This document shows, piece by piece, positions 25,553-25,710 of a DNA stretch of 25,710 nucleotides. The stretch spans positions 1 to 25,710 of IMG/VR virus record IMGVR_UViG_3300048670_000852. One strand, given 5' to 3'. This DNA comes from a virus. Lineage: Duplodnaviria; Caudoviricetes. Position 1 is the first letter of the stretch; each line of letters opens with the position of its first letter. The notes under the pieces are model-generated. The model saw only the letters and a program-made list of their open reading frames with translations. It searched no databases and was not told where the DNA came from. Both the position numbers and the translations under genes were made by a program.

Positions 25553-25710
25553 TTACTTTCTTGTTAGATTCCCGTTTGAATAACTTGACGTATAGTAATC
25601 TCTAGAAAATACCGTTCCCGATATTTCATCACCAGAAGCAATTACGTCTCTTACCATATTTATTGTGCTTTCTGAAAGATTAAAATTTAAATATAAATCC
25701 TTTAGTCCTA
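25553..25710 (-). CDS. gp6: Baseplate wedge subunit (T4 gp6-like), 3' end only
   Basis: Hand translation ...GLKDLYLNFNLSESTINMVRDVIASGDEISGTVFSRDYYTSSYSNGNLTRK*; TAA at 25553..25555, 1 nt before the gp7 ATG. The call rests on position and a cyanophage-type C-terminus. Confidence 0.75.
   Translation of the reverse strand, partial: GLKDLYLNFNLSESTINMVRDVIASGDEISGTVFSRDYYTSSYSNGNLTRK
25657..25664 (-). promoter_or_regulatory. Putative late promoter AATAAATA inside the 3' end of gp6, upstream of gp7
   Basis: Minus strand reads ACA ATA AAT ATG (T-I-N-M), about 105 nt before the gp7 ATG. Confidence 0.5.

Overview
The window is an AT-rich (about one-third GC by eye), nearly gap-free virion morphogenesis region of a T4-like myovirus. 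Gene content and protein sizes fit a cyanomyovirus (Kyanoviridae-like); the host is inferred, not shown. All real genes are on the minus strand, read right to left: gp6 baseplate wedge (3' end only), giant 3979-aa gp7 wedge initiator, gp8 wedge, 2458-aa VrlC/DUF4815-type structural protein, 66-aa coiled-coil protein, a 56-aa ORF missing from the supplied track, 114-aa BppU-like protein, 153-aa mini-fibre-like protein, gp13 and gp14 neck, gp15 tail terminator, and gp16 small terminase (runs off the left edge). The most notable item is the 56-aa ORF (4284..4454, strong AAGGAG RBS), which resembles by eye the NblA phycobilisome-degradation adaptor yet lies inside the late structural operon. T4-type late promoter motifs (NATAAATA) sit mostly just upstream of gene starts, several inside the preceding gene. 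gp7 has a nested, multi-insertion architecture. I saw no tRNA, CRISPR, intron, intein or mobile element. All family assignments come from motif recognition and gene order, not database searches.
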